A DNA stretch of 64,000 bases from Ramazzottius varieornatus (lineage: Eukaryota; Animalia; Tardigrada): contig BDGG01000001.1 in NCBI GenBank assembly GCA_001949185.1, forward strand, positions 320,065-384,064, read 5' to 3'. The notes beneath the pieces were generated by a model that was not told the DNA's origin, searched no databases, and worked only from the letters and a program-made list of their open reading frames with translations. Positions within the stretch are counted from its first letter, which is position 1; every line of letters begins with the position of its first letter. This document shows positions 38,001 to 50,862 of this stretch, piece after piece. The position numbers and the translations under genes were made by a program.

Positions 38001-39537
38001 NNNNNNNNNNNNNNNNNNNNNNNNNNNNNNCACTTCCTCGGCCCTGATGGTTCTCAGTTGGTTGATGACCTCCAGATGATGCTCAATGGCGTTCTTCACC
38101 CGGCTGACATCATTCTCCAGCTCTTCCTGGTTCTTCAACTCGACGTCCAACTGCCCTTGCAACTTCTTAGCTTCCTCGGTGACAATGGCCAGCCGCCGTT
38201 GGTACAGTGTCTGCTCTTCGTCGGCCATTTCCTTGTACAGATCCTTACTGGCTTTGAACATGAGCTTACTGAACTCGTACTTCCTTGAAACCGTCAACCG
38301 TCTCTCATACAAGGCTTTCTCCTCCACGTCACGACAGAAGGCCATGTACTGTAGCTGGTGCTCCGTGAAATCGTCCGTGTATTCCAGCTCGACGGCGACG
38401 CGGGCGTCAGTCTCGTAGACCTCGTTGTCGACTTGGCGTTCGTGTAGCCGGTATGACTCCATGTTAGCCTGAAGCTGATTGCTGGCTTCGTCGACGGCTT
38501 GCTTAATTTCCTCCAGGTTGTCTTGTGCATCTGTCCGCTTTTCGTTGACAAAGACCACTGCCTCCTTCTCTTTCTGGACTTGCTCGGCGTGGTCGTTGAT
38601 GAACTTTCTCAAGGTGTGGAATCGTGTGCTCTCAGGGAGGTCATATTCCACCAGTCCAGCGCAGATCAGATCCAACAGTTTATTTCTAGAGTATCGTATG
38701 CAAGCACACGTTATTGCATGAGTGGGGGCGAGGTTCTTTCGCTAAAAGTTTTCGCCGGTTGCAAATATCATAAGAATAGAACAATCCCGTTATAGCTGTC
38801 GGTGTGATCTACTGTATTATGATTTGTAACGGTAATCAATGACGATCGGACTATGCAGTCCGCTAATTTTTTACAGTCTTTTTACGATCTGGATTGTTTG
38901 CAGTATATACCGGTTGGACTGTACCCGAGCTGGATATTCCGTTGCAAGACCTCGCGCATTTTGACATGTCCGACCATATCTCCAATGGTCTTTTCCACTG
39001 TAGTTCTACTGGGTTTTCTCGGATCATGCTTGGGTACGAAATGGTGCTTGCGATTGAGCTCCTCGAAAGTATCCAACACAACCTCGCGGAGGATAGTTGT
39101 GTCTAGCGAGCTCGACAAATCTTCTTGCTATGTCAAACCACACCCAGAATTCAACGTCCACTTTGCAGTAATACGTAGATCATAGAACGACCCATAAAAT
39201 TCATGACTCACCCGTCTCCATTCTCCTTCGTCCGGATGACGAAAAGGTAACAGCCATTTCAATTTGGCAACCGCTTGCTGAAACGCTCCTTCGATAATAA
39301 CCATCTCCACCAACGATATCGCATTGTCGTCTCGTAGTCCCGCATTAAGCGACGCACCGAGACCTGCCTTATGCGGAGCGAACAAAGACTTAATCATGCT
39401 TTTGCTTTTGTTAGACGAAGGCTTGGTCGATCCGCCATCCGCTGTGGAAATTTCAACTGCCACATGCTTCACCAAATAAAATCAAAAAAAAGTTGCTAAG
39501 TACAGATCGTACTACATCACAGTACTTTCTTAGACAT
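35013..39537 (-). CDS. Large coiled-coil protein spanning the assembly gap; family uncertain (weak CCDC178-like resemblance)
   Basis: Long E/K/Q-rich heptad ORFs 35612-36943 and 38031-38675, plus upstream exons 38882-39475 with GT-AG boundaries. Start and last-exon structure are uncertain. Confidence 0.6.
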
Positions 39538-39611
39538 GATGAAAACCCAGCTAAGAGTATATCTTGATAAAAACCAGCTGTCAAATTTTGGCGGGAGTAA
39601 GAAAGGAAACA

Positions 39612-42600
39612 TCAATCGGTAAGCGTGTAGTCTTCGTTAATGTCCAGTTCGTCGTCCGTCTGGGTGGTCATTTCGTTGCTGGCCACCATCTTCGGTATCT
39701 CTACCGTAGGCGACATATCGATTTCGTCACCGCCATCTGGCTGGTTTGGAAATTTGCCGGCTCCCTCTCGTTGGTTAAGCGCATCCAGGTACTCAGTCTG
39801 GGCTTGCAGCAGGTCGATGGCTTCACGCTTGGCAAACTCGTCCATGCTCCGCACCGACATGACGGCAGCCGTTCCATCCGCATTTTCAAACTCGTTCCTC
39901 TTACTGTTAAATTAACAGATGGGGAAAAGTGCCGCAGTATGTTCCTGTCGACGCTTCATTCAAGCCAGTGCGAGAGCAAAGTAATACGCCTAATACGAGA
40001 AATTTTGGGACAGTAAAGATTATGGGACAGGCGTTTTCGCTGTTCACGGCTGATTGACACTGATATGCTTTTCAACGCTTCTCTTCCACTGCTTGTCCAT
40101 CTTGCTGTCCTTCCCGCCTGTCCCATAATTTTCACTGTCCCCTGATTTCTCGTCCTGCGTGTACATTTTACCTGTAGACTCGCAGATTTTTGGGGAGGAG
40201 TTGAAGTTTGGCCGTGACAGGGTAATCGCTCTTGGCCAAGCGTCCCTCCTTGATGGTCAATGGATTGTCGTCATCATCGGTTCCTCTGTATGACGGATCA
40301 GTTCGAGACTTGCGTTCGTGTTCCTACAAGAACCAAATATCTCACCATCTGACATGTTCTCTTACTGTGTCTGTCAAGACAAAAGCTGTCGGTAGGCTTT
40401 ACTTGTTGTTTCCAGTAGTCGAAAGCGGCATGAAAGTGATGGGCCAAGATGGCGAAGGAGCGTTGGTACTCGCGATAATTCTGCCCGTTACAGGGCTCGG
40501 CTGACGCCTTGATATCACTGCTGTGCGGTATCAGTTTGAACATGACTTGATGGACCGCTGTCATCGTCGCACCCACTTGGTCGTAAAAGGCCTTGAAGGC
40601 TTCCAGGCTTTCGCGGCAGTTGCGACCGTTCTCCTCCATGGTCCTTGTTCGCTCCTAGAAAAACACACACACACAAATTACAAGACAAATTTCAGGATGC
40701 AACCGGGCCGGAAACGTGACCAGAACATTTCTGAATTGACACTTCGGCGAGGGATATCGATCTACTGTGAATTAGAATCCAAAGTGACAGCACAGGAAGT
40801 ACAATTTATTGGCTTATTTTCTACGGTGTAGGCTGCTTTACCAGTAACAACATCATCTTGCGTTCAGCGGTGCTTTCGAAGTCGGCGGCCCGGTCGTCCA
40901 GTGCTCTCAGCGCTTGATGGTGATGCTCAAGCTTGTCGACCAAGGCTTCGGCTTCCTTGTTGAGGTCTCGCAGTCGTTCAGCCAGCAGCTCATTATTCTC
41001 TTCGCGTTTTTTGTACAAGTCGATGACGTCGGACATGTTCTCCACGTTACAAATGTGCCGAATCCTGGTCATGGTTTCCTCCAGATGCAGCGTCTTTTCC
41101 ATCGTCACCTGTGGCGCCACCGGGGTCTGCCAGAAACCTGAAATATGCCCAAGGTCTCAACTAGTCCCATTTGCTGCGACGAATTGTCCACTACTGTACT
41201 CTCAATGGCTTGATTGACGCTTTCACTCTTCCAGTATGGCGTTCGATCCACTGCGCGATGCACAGACAATATCCTCGTTTCCCTTTCCACGTTGGCCATC
41301 TGCTCCGCTAAATTTACAAGAACGTCTCATTGTCTACCCATGACATATCAACTGGCTTAATACAGAAAACATACGTACCAGTTCGGATTTTTGCCACCAG
41401 CTCGTCCCGCATGTCGTTACTGGCATTTCGATTCTGTGCGGCCTTTTTCAAATAGTCGGCCCTGCAAGAAAACACCAAAAGTCGTATTGTTTTGGTGTGA
41501 AAGTGCTGAAGTGGGACACATCAATGTACCGTTTCTCGTTCATGTCGTTGATTTGGTTGAGCATATCCTGAAGGATCTTGGCATTATGGGCGTACTGCGC
41601 CTGCACCCTTTTGTATGCCTCATGGAAGACTTGGCGCTCCTTCATGCCGTTATGAACGGAGTACTGGGCTTCATGGGCGCTCTTCTTCAGCTTGTTGTGC
41701 TTGCGCTGGACAGCCAGCAGGCGCGACTCGGTGGTCCGTTGCTTCTTCAGCGCCACCTGGTCCGCCGCATAGCGGAACTCGCCTTGCACCGACCGCATTT
41801 CCTTGTCCTGATCCCGCATCTGCAATAAACCATACATTTCCAAGCAGACTCAATCAAGGATAACTTGTTTCTTTGTTTTATGGAAACAAATTATTGCAAG
41901 ATCGTTGTGGAAAGTGGCGCAGGCTTCCAGCTAATGATCAAGCCAGCCTGCGCCACTTGAGAAACAATCATACTCGATGCACAAGTTCGTTTTCCAAGTG
42001 GCGCATGTTATCGAACAAGAACAGTGTGGCAGTGGCGCGCCAGGGAGTGAAAATTGTGGTAGTCGGAGCATATGGCCACGAAAGTCCAGAAATATTCCGG
42101 CAGCCCAAAAGGTCACCCCAGGGGCCCAACGTTGACCTTTTTGGAACCTCGAAAAACCCAAGGGAAAACTCGTTTTCACGGTGGGGACTTTCACTAGTCA
42201 CCGCTCTTTTATGGGGGTAGATCATTCCGCGTTTTTATATGATAAATAACATGTTCGATATATAAAATATCTAAAAGAACAACACGAGAAAGAAACAAGA
42301 GACCAGATCGTAACCAATCGGCCACAGTTGACCATGACGCGTCCACTTTGGGCCGAGAAACGAGTCAGCTCCATGGCATTCAGCAGTACATTGTTGCTGG
42401 CGTACGAAGACTTCGCCTTGGGGGGCGAATGAGTCTTGCCTGCTTGGCCGTCCGTTGCCGGTACATGGCAGCAACAAGCAGGCACAGAACGATGAGGCAT
42501 GCTGCGAAAATGCCCCAAAAGTATGGGTCGTCCATGGGTCCATTTGGAGGCTCGGCGGTGATGGGCGTCGTCCAGGACCCATCAGAAAATAACAACCTGG

Positions 42601-45037
42601 TCGGAAGTGCCAGAAGTGGCGCGCCAACCCGTCGTTCATTACCGGTGTTCTGCGACACCTTATTTTGATGTACTAGTGTATTAGTATTTCTGTTGGTTGG
42701 CCTAGTAGAGTGGCGGAGAGCACACCAGGACTAAGGTCAGGAATGCCGGGAATATTCCCACCCAAAAGAGCCCAGAATTAAAGTACCGGGAAAATCCCGC
42801 CCAAACATAAGGACCGGGAACTTCTGCTTGGGAAGACCAGGAACGCTAATCTGGGTAGCACTGGAAATACCACACAACTTCCAAGGCAAAACGACTGACC
42901 AGAAAGATCCGAACGGGATGATAAGTTGACAGTTGGAAAAAACGGGATCATCCCGGAATTTTACTAACTGCTACACGACCAAGTGCAATTATTCGGCTTC
43001 TGGGCTCATGCCCACAGGCTCAAACCAGCAACAGTAAAACAAATTCAATCGCAAGACGCTAACTGAGCAGTTTTACGCAGCAACGTGCAGCGACGTGTGC
43101 TTTTTTCGCAACGCACTTCGAACGAACACGGGAAAAGAGCGAGCTGAAATGGATCACCACGATTCCAATACCACTTTTTCTTTTGCGCCCGGTACTTCCA
43201 AGTACCGATAGACGCTACTCCAGTAGTCTAAGCTTTGTTTCACCAACGACAGACCCAGGACTTTCAAAACGGTGAACCTCCTGCAGACCGCGTAAGCCCA
43301 GATTGGCTTTGAATGTTCAAACAGCTCAAAGAGCTAGCGAATAGCCGTTCTACAAAATTGAGATTACCTCTCGGTCATTCCGCTACCGGGGAGGATCAGC
43401 CGATAAGTTCCCGATTTTCGTGATGTATGTTTCCGAACGGAGTCGTACGCATGAATCAGGCCCTAGCACAGGCGTGCAGCCGTTCTAATTAATCAAGTTG
43501 TATTTGAAACTTAAACGGGACAATGCTGCTTAATCAGACGTTCAATGGCCGGAACAACAACCAAACCGGTTGAATAGTCGCTATCCCTACATGTTCCAAT
43601 CCTCATCAAAACCAGATACGTAACTTGCGGCACGCATCATTTGTGGTTCGGATCGTGCGTGTGATCAGTTGACTAATTCGCTTTGTTTTGTCGTGCTTTT
43701 TCCACGCCGCGCCACTTTTCTATTTTTTGAGGCAAAAATCGAAAATTTCCCCTTGGCTACCCCTGGACCCTCGGCGCACCCCTTTGGCTACCGCTCTGGT
43801 TCAAAAATCCCGGTAGAGGGGCAGCCATTTTTACTGGTGAGGGCTCAGAATCGCTGGAGCCACTGTAGAGCACGGAATCTGGCCGCATGCGCTGCACTGT
43901 ACTGCACCTGTGCTGTGCTGCAGCACAGAGACTTTGTGCCATACAACGTGGTTACTGCAGTCTTCGGTGGACACCATAAATAACTAGACAGAAAAAAATC
44001 AACAGCACGGTCAAGATCACATAATGCTACGATCGATGCTGTTACATGACTGGTTTTTAGAGAAGCTGTGTTAGAGCACGGAATCTGGCCGCATGCGCTG
44101 TACTGCAGCTGTGCTGTGCTGCAGCACAGCCGCAGCGCGTGAACTGACGAAATTTGTGCGGCACAGCACAGCATACAGCAGAAAGCCATAGACTACCGCG
44201 CAGATGCACCTACCGAAACCTAACAAAAATTACAGTTTTTGGGCATTCGAAGGTCAGCCGTCTCAGCTTTGCCGTACTTTAGGGCAACGTTCTCCAGGTT
44301 GACTACCGATTTGGCTGACTGAATTTCAAACCACGTCAATACATCGACTTTCCGTGCAGCAGTACCATATCAATGTGCATCTGCAGCACAGCTGCTTAGC
44401 CACTGGGCGTGAAAGTTGTGCAGCACAGCGCAGCGTATAGCGCCCTGGTAATGTGCGCAGCACAGTTACAGCGTACTTTTGGACCTGCGGCCCAGTGCTC
44501 TAAGCCACGGCTACCGGAAACACTGTGTGGCGCGCCTCTGCAATGTGGCCATGCACCACTTGACATATCGATCTATGGTTCAGTTCATCTGCCTACGTCC
44601 CATTTGTGCTGACCTTTGAGACATCTCCCATGGTACTTTTCCGTGCAGCGGCCACCTTTTCCTCCATGTTGGTCAGCTGCATTAACAACTCTCCAATCTC
44701 GCGCATCTCGTTCTCCCTTCGTACGTCGTTGGCCTTGGTCTCCATGTTATGCCGAATCTTCTCCAGGTTAGCCACTTGGGCTTTCAGTTCATCTTCTTTC
44801 TTTCTAGGTGAAATGTATGTGATGCATCTAATGTCAAATGCAGACGGCCAGACCTTACCGTTGTTTGGCTTCTTCGGTGGCACGAAAGCGTCGTTTCCGT
44901 TCCAGCTCGAAGCGTAGCATACGCGCCCGAGCTTTGTTGTGTTTCAGCTCATCTTTCATCCGCTGTATCTCTGCTGGCGCATAAGGGTTCAATTGGCCTA
45001 TGTCGGCTTCCTCATCAAATAAAGGTTCGAAATTCAT
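39612..45037 (-). CDS. Outer dynein arm docking complex subunit, ODAD1/CCDC114/CCDC63-like
   Basis: Exons 45037-44859, 44803-44614, 41819-41530, 41461-~41379 and further exons to 39612 splice in frame. Coiled coil with ERQVFHEAYKRVQ and LEETMTRIRHICNVENMSDVIDLYKKREENNELL, resembling the DC2 family motif EEAF.KI...TG..D.D.LV..F...E..NF.L. Confidence 0.65.
39985..40161. mobile_element. Intronic MITE, family shared with 45981-46180
   Basis: Arms acgagaaattttgggacagtaaagattatgggacaggcg / cgcctgtcccataattttcactgtcccctgatttctcgt. Confidence 0.75.
42380..42535 (-). CDS. Small single-pass membrane peptide ORF nested in the ODAD1-like intron
   Basis: MDDPYFWGIFAACLIVLCLLVAAMYRQRTAKQARLIRPPRRSLRTPATMYC: a clean TM helix followed by an Arg-rich positive-inside tail. 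May have an upstream exon. Confidence 0.4.
   Translation of the reverse strand: MDDPYFWGIFAACLIVLCLLVAAMYRQRTAKQARLIRPPRRSLRTPATMYC
43866..44502 (-). mobile_element. Composite (Pack-type) non-autonomous hAT element carrying 142 bp of the receptor gene
   Basis: Outer ends TAGAGCAC/GTGCTCTA with 8-bp TSD agccactg / agccacgg. Internal terminus at 44072. 43930-44502 is the reverse complement of 6546-7118. Confidence 0.9.
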
Positions 45038-45370
45038 GGCGCCCTCTGCCTTGATATAGAATTACAACACAGACGCAAGTCCGCACGGTACACTACCGTC
45101 GGCGGCTCACCTTATCTCAATCACAATGGCATAGTCCTCATTTTCGTCGGACCGGCTGTCGCGCGAGTTTTATTAGCCCAGTAGACGTAGACACTCACGT
45201 CACCTGGGAACCCTTCTTACAGGTTTCGTGGAAATAAACGCACACTACAGTTAAAGTCCATAGGTCTGTGCGCGCCGACATGAAACGCAAAACACTGTCG
45301 TCCAGATGAAAGTTGCAAGCAGTAATATCTCATGCATGAAAGGAAGTTAGATTAACGACTATGAGCAAAC

Positions 45371-48160
45371 TCAAGATTTATACATATCGCACAGTATTTT
45401 TTCCATGGGAGTATTGCCAATGAGACGTGCAAAGAAGAGACTTTCCACCCGCTCTGTGGGAATTTCGTGCAAGTTGTGCAGTAACAGCAAGAGCTTCCCA
45501 AACCTGCAAGAAAAACGGTCTTCCGTCAACTGTCCAACTTGGTTTATTCTTGATGAACAGAGTAATGCAAATGTCACCTCGCAGGTTGCGCTGCATGGTG
45601 CAGCTTCTCGTACTGGCTCAACATAACCTGCGCCTGATCTTGCAGACTTTCAACCTGCTGCGGTTCCTTCAGACCTTTGGCTGCAGGCTTCAGAAGGACG
45701 ATGGCTTTCAAGTAGGCGAACTCGTTGGGGTCCACTGTCAGCCCTTTGAAGCGGTTGTAGGCATCTGTCAAGGCCCGCAACTCAGTAGGCCCACTCGTCG
45801 CCCCACCACGGTCTGGAGAGTGGCCCATCAAGTGGTATCCGCCCAGCGGGAAGGACCATTGCATGGCGCACATGATGAACAACTCACTCCAGCTTTCTTC
45901 CAGTAGAGTTATCTAAAAAAAACAAGAGCGCCTCACATTTGTGAATTTTCTCGTATGACCAATTTTGCATCATTTGGTTATACGCACGATGAGAAATATG
46001 GGCCAGGCGTTTTCGCTACGGCGGTACGGAAGCACGTACGTACTCACCTGATTCACAGCAACGAACTTTTCGACACTTTTCGACACTTTTCGACACTTTT
46101 CCACGTTCGAATTCCCATTTTGCCGTCTGTTCCGCCTGGCCCATAATTTCATACTGGCCCATAATTTCTCGTCGTACGTGCAGTAGAAAGGAACAGATAT
46201 CAAGAGAAGTCGGTTTTTTTCTACGTTTATTTTGATAATTTGATCTGTTCTTTGTCACCTGGTCGCGGAATGGTAGCGATACGAAATAAGGAAGGCTCTT
46301 GGCCCACTTGACTGATTGGTACAGGAGCCGGGCTGCCGCTTCGTACATGACGCTCTCCATGCCCACCGAGAAGAATGGCACAAGCGACGGCGTTGGTAGG
46401 TGAGAAGTCGAAGACTCGGCTGGTGATGAAGTGGAGGAATGCTGGCCAGCCGAGTAGCTACTTGCCAAGGAACTCGAGCCTGGACTTTTGCAACCTGCCA
46501 GCAGTGAAATCAAGAGAAACACCTTACATGATTTTTAAGAGGACATCGAGAAGAAAGCTTACAGTTTGCGATGCCCGTACTGCGAAAAGCCGAAGTGGAG
46601 GAAGAAATATTGCTGGAGGGTGGCACGGGGTAGAAGGCAGCCGCTACTGTCCCGTCCAGCAAGTTCCGATCTTCCACCATATCGTAGCGGATAGTCGCTG
46701 AATTTCGGGGCTGTCGCTCATTTTGCACCGCTAAGAAATACATTTAAAAAATAAAACTGAAATATTTTAGACGATATCAGAAAATAGAAAATCAATCAGA
46801 ATCCTTCTCTTTGAAACAAAAAATTAGTACCGCTTGGTTCCTAATCAGCGACTACCGTTTCTAGATTTGGACATCTTGCTACGTTTGGTATTGATCGAGA
46901 AGCTGTTGGCGGGGGAAAACAGGGAAAATTAATGTCCGACCGATTAGCGAGTCTTGAGCAAGGGGAAGAAGCGCAATCTCTTTTCTTCCACTTGGTCACA
47001 TCACAAAGGGGACATGCTGATGCGCCATCCCTCTGATCTCATACGGATCAGCACGGGCTCAATTGTCCATCAACGTCTTCCTTGCAATTTGTCGTGTGTT
47101 ACCGCTACTCATGGAGCACGTTTACTGATGGTGGGCGGTTAGATTGACGTGCTTCCACTTTGACTGAGTGACATCGATTGGGAGCAATATCGGCGAGTGG
47201 TTGACTACGGAGGCCATTATTTTGATCTTTGTCACGCAGCGCACGTCGGGCTTGGCGACACCCACTGCGCGACATGTCCCGTTTGTTGTGTAGCTGCCTC
47301 TTGTCATACCAACCTCCTAATCTCCCCCTTTTCAGCTGCGCTAATTCTTTTGTACAACATCATGCGCTTCAACCTTCACTTTACCGCATATCAACATATG
47401 CATCATGGAATATGGGCGCTCTACAACGCCTTTCAGGATCTGTCTTGATGTCAAAGCACGACGTGATCAAAACGTCTTGACATTTCCCCCATTGATACCA
47501 ACCCCAAACAGACCCTATCGTGCAAGAACACTGCTTACCTCTCACTCCTACTGGAATTACTATCAATTTCAGCAGTCAGATCAATATCAGGTCGTTCTAC
47601 AGAGTCATTTTACAGAGTGAAAGGTCAGCAACGCCCGGCGAATATTCGAACATTTCTGTCCTTCTCGAAAGGGTGACCGCCGCAGAATCGGAATGAACTT
47701 TGACTCTTACCGTCTTTGTTCATGCCCATCTGTAGACATTTCTTCAAGCGACAAGCCTGGCACTGATTGCGATGTGCCTTGTCAATGTTGCAGTTCCCGT
47801 CACCAGCTTGACATCTACAAACAAAAAATATCTCGATTTGATCAAACTAAGTTAAGCAAATGATTTGGATTATTATAGAAGAAAGCAGAGTCGAATGTGA
47901 TCTGTTTTTAGGGCGCGTGGGAAAGTCAAGTGTGAGCCGAAGCGACACTTCATCTGCCGCAGCTTACCGATAAATCAGTTTCCGGCGGACAGATCGCTTG
48001 AAGAAGCCGGAGCATCCGTTACAGGCCAAGATGCCATAGTGTTTGCCACTTGAAGTGTCGGAACAGACGGCACAGAGCAAGCCCGGGCTGCTGCGGCTTC
48101 CGCTGTTGATGGGGAACGGCGAGGGTATGGAGCGAACCGCACTGACAGTTTCACCATCTG
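45371..48160 (-). CDS. NR2E3: Nuclear receptor NR2E3 (PNR/unfulfilled/fax-1 group); N-terminal exon(s) probably at ~48.8-49.1 kb
   Basis: [39 protein letters not shown]|[34 protein letters not shown]|[13 protein letters not shown] end RFGKLLLLL...[22 protein letters not shown]. Confidence 0.93.
45981..46180. mobile_element. Intronic MITE (family of 39985-40161) with an internal 10-bp tandem repeat
   Basis: Arms gatgagaaatatgggccaggcg / cgcctggcccataatttcatactggcccataatttctcgtc; internal (acttttcgac)x3. Confidence 0.75.
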
Positions 48161-50862
48161 CTACAGCAAACCTTTTTGCTCACGCTTGATACCTTATTTT
48201 TGAGGCCGGAAGAGTAGGCCGCTAATTTGATTCTTCACACTTCAACAAGCCCGCAAACTTCAATCGCCGCCCAATCATCCTGTGATGCCATCCGCAGCTT
48301 ATGCGCTGTCTAACAATAGCGCAACTGCCACATGCCATCACCAATTGAAATCTATCAACATATCTGAGATAATTGACCAGTCCTAACATTTCCAACCCTT
48401 CCAACTGAGCTTCATCTCACGACACACCATTTTAGAGAACGCCGCACTTTTTTCCTTCCAACAGAACAGTTAAAAAAAGGGAGTCTTTTTTATTTTTGAA
48501 TTAAAATCAAAGATGACCCCATCTTTCAATTTCAGATCCCGAGAGACCGTTTCGAATCCATCAAGAGGGAAACTCCAATAAATACAGCGGCCAAATTGCG
48601 GGAATCTGTTACTGACCGTGTTCCGAGTCGTATGGCGAATCGGCCCGCTTCTTGCGTTTCAGATCCATTTGGCTTCTTTCAACGCAGATGGTTTTTCAAA
48701 CGTAGTCTTCCCAGGACCCGCTCTGAATAAGATGAGAAATTCCTGCAGTTAGTTCTGACTTCCGAGTAAGCCAATAAAATACAATGAAACGATTTTCATT
48801 GTCCACGTCTGAAGGTACGTACCTCCAAGGTTGTGACGATGTAGGTCGGCCCTTGTCGGATACCGGCAAGCAGCGCTGGTGGTGCAAGACAGAGTTCTGC
48901 CACAGATCGTGTATTGTGGGTAAAATGGAAGAAGGTTGTGATATCTGGAGGTCCGGGAGCACGCAAGAGGTTAAAGTACTACCCGGATGTCACGGCGGGA
49001 AGATCTTTAGCCAGTGTGGCTCTTTGACACAGAACTGGCGCAGCGCCGCACAAGTGACTGCTAAACATCCCTCTTCCGTCTTCCCTTCTTGGCCTTTTCA
49101 ATTGTGAGTGGGGGCCAGTGTCGGCAGGTCTATATGATGATGTAGATTTATGGTGTGGGGAGTGCAGGCCGATGAATGGCCATCGATCGTCGCGTCGTGA
49201 TTCTTTATTTGTCATTAATCTAATAATCCATGGCCATGATGCAGATTAACGCTGGCTCCAAAGCGACAGCGCCCAACCAAGATTGATTTCAGCGCAGTTA
49301 AGGCCTGATCAAATTAGAAGGACGAATTAATTCTCGAGTGATGTGTCGATGACGGCCTCATTTACATCTTTATTTTGTTACACATTGCTAAAGTGGTGCA
49401 GCAACGGAAGAGAAGAGTGACTGAGCCAGCAACATTGAAGAAGGGGAAATGAATGTGACGGAAGGCACTGGTGCTCTATCGATATCATCAATTACCGCTC
49501 TTCTCGCCGCACAATCTTGTAAAGCTGAAAGCCGATTAACCGCCACACTGATCTTCAACGTCCTTTTCTCCGCTTACCCTCTTTTTATTTCATGTAACCC
49601 TTTCCTAACCCTTCTGCCTTGTTTTGCTGCCGGTGGTAACAACAATGCTCGCCGTAAACGTATATATCACAGACTGCTCAAAATCGCGCCTTGAACCCCA
49701 AACTCGACGGTCCGGTCCGACAGAATTACTGCTGACCTAAACGTTATTGTAAAATAACGCTTTTATTTATTCGGCTCTGTGGAAAGTTGTTTGACGAAAC
49801 CAGGAGCCCAACTCTGGACCCAGGTTGATAGAACGCATACGGAAGGCTTCTAAACGAGGTGCATTACACTGCGTCAGTAATACTGTAGGTAGCGCGTGCA
49901 CTGCTACGAAAACCCACCCCTTCCCATATGTTGTGCAATATAATACAAGTTGGACTGATGGCCAATAATCATAACGTAAGGGGCTATTAGCCCTGACGAT
50001 TGTTCAAAAAGACCGATGAAGACAGTTTGCTCTACCGAAGGCAGGTGCGGTCAACTGGTGTATGCAGCGGCTACAGCGCGCCGATACTGATGCTACAAGG
50101 GCTTTTTTGCTTTGTCTCAATCGGTACAACGATATCATGAGACACTGTGCCAGTCATGGCAGCGTTTGCTCTGCATGGTTTCGCCCGGCATTTGGACCGT
50201 CAGCATTGATGTTCAGTATGCAGGCCTTGGAAGATCTGTATGGATTCATTCAAACCGAAGTACCGTACACCATGCAGAATCAAAGTAGCTGATCCATCTC
50301 TGCCCGCCTATCTAGTTCGCGCACTGACGCGTAGTGTTATGTTTGCCGTGTAAGGCTACAGTAAGCCCGGTCCTGTTTGTTTTCCGTTTTGATGGCAACT
50401 GTAAATCCAGTTAAGTATTTCTAACCGCTCGCAAAAGAATTCCCAGCCCTGATAGCCCTTTCGGCGCCATGGTTTGATACCTCATCGATACTTGCTCAAC
50501 TCGGTGACCATGAAACCTAATGCGTGAGCTAACCGCCGGTCTACAACAACTCTACGTGAGGCGTCGGTTACGAGTACCAGTAGGGCAGTATAGGCAGAGA
50601 AAATGCAGGACGCTTAATCTGCGCCAGCATATCTACACAATGTGTTTTCGACCGATATGCACGTCAAGATAAAATGGACAAATATAGACTGCAGCATTCT
50701 GTGGTATGCCGTGCACGAACATTCCTCTGGCTGAAGTTTACTCCATGGGCTCTGCACAAGTATTGATAGCACCCCCCCAACTTTTATTAGTCTCACTGGC
50801 AGCTTTCTAAGTTACCTCCTACCCCCAAGTGAGGGCATCAACACCTTCGGTTTTCCTTCCAG

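Noticed and set aside
36963-38675. Very long ORFs (441, 542, 325 aa) in the ORF track
   Set aside because: Artefacts of the N gap at 37077-38030; only the minus-strand part 38031-38675 is coding.
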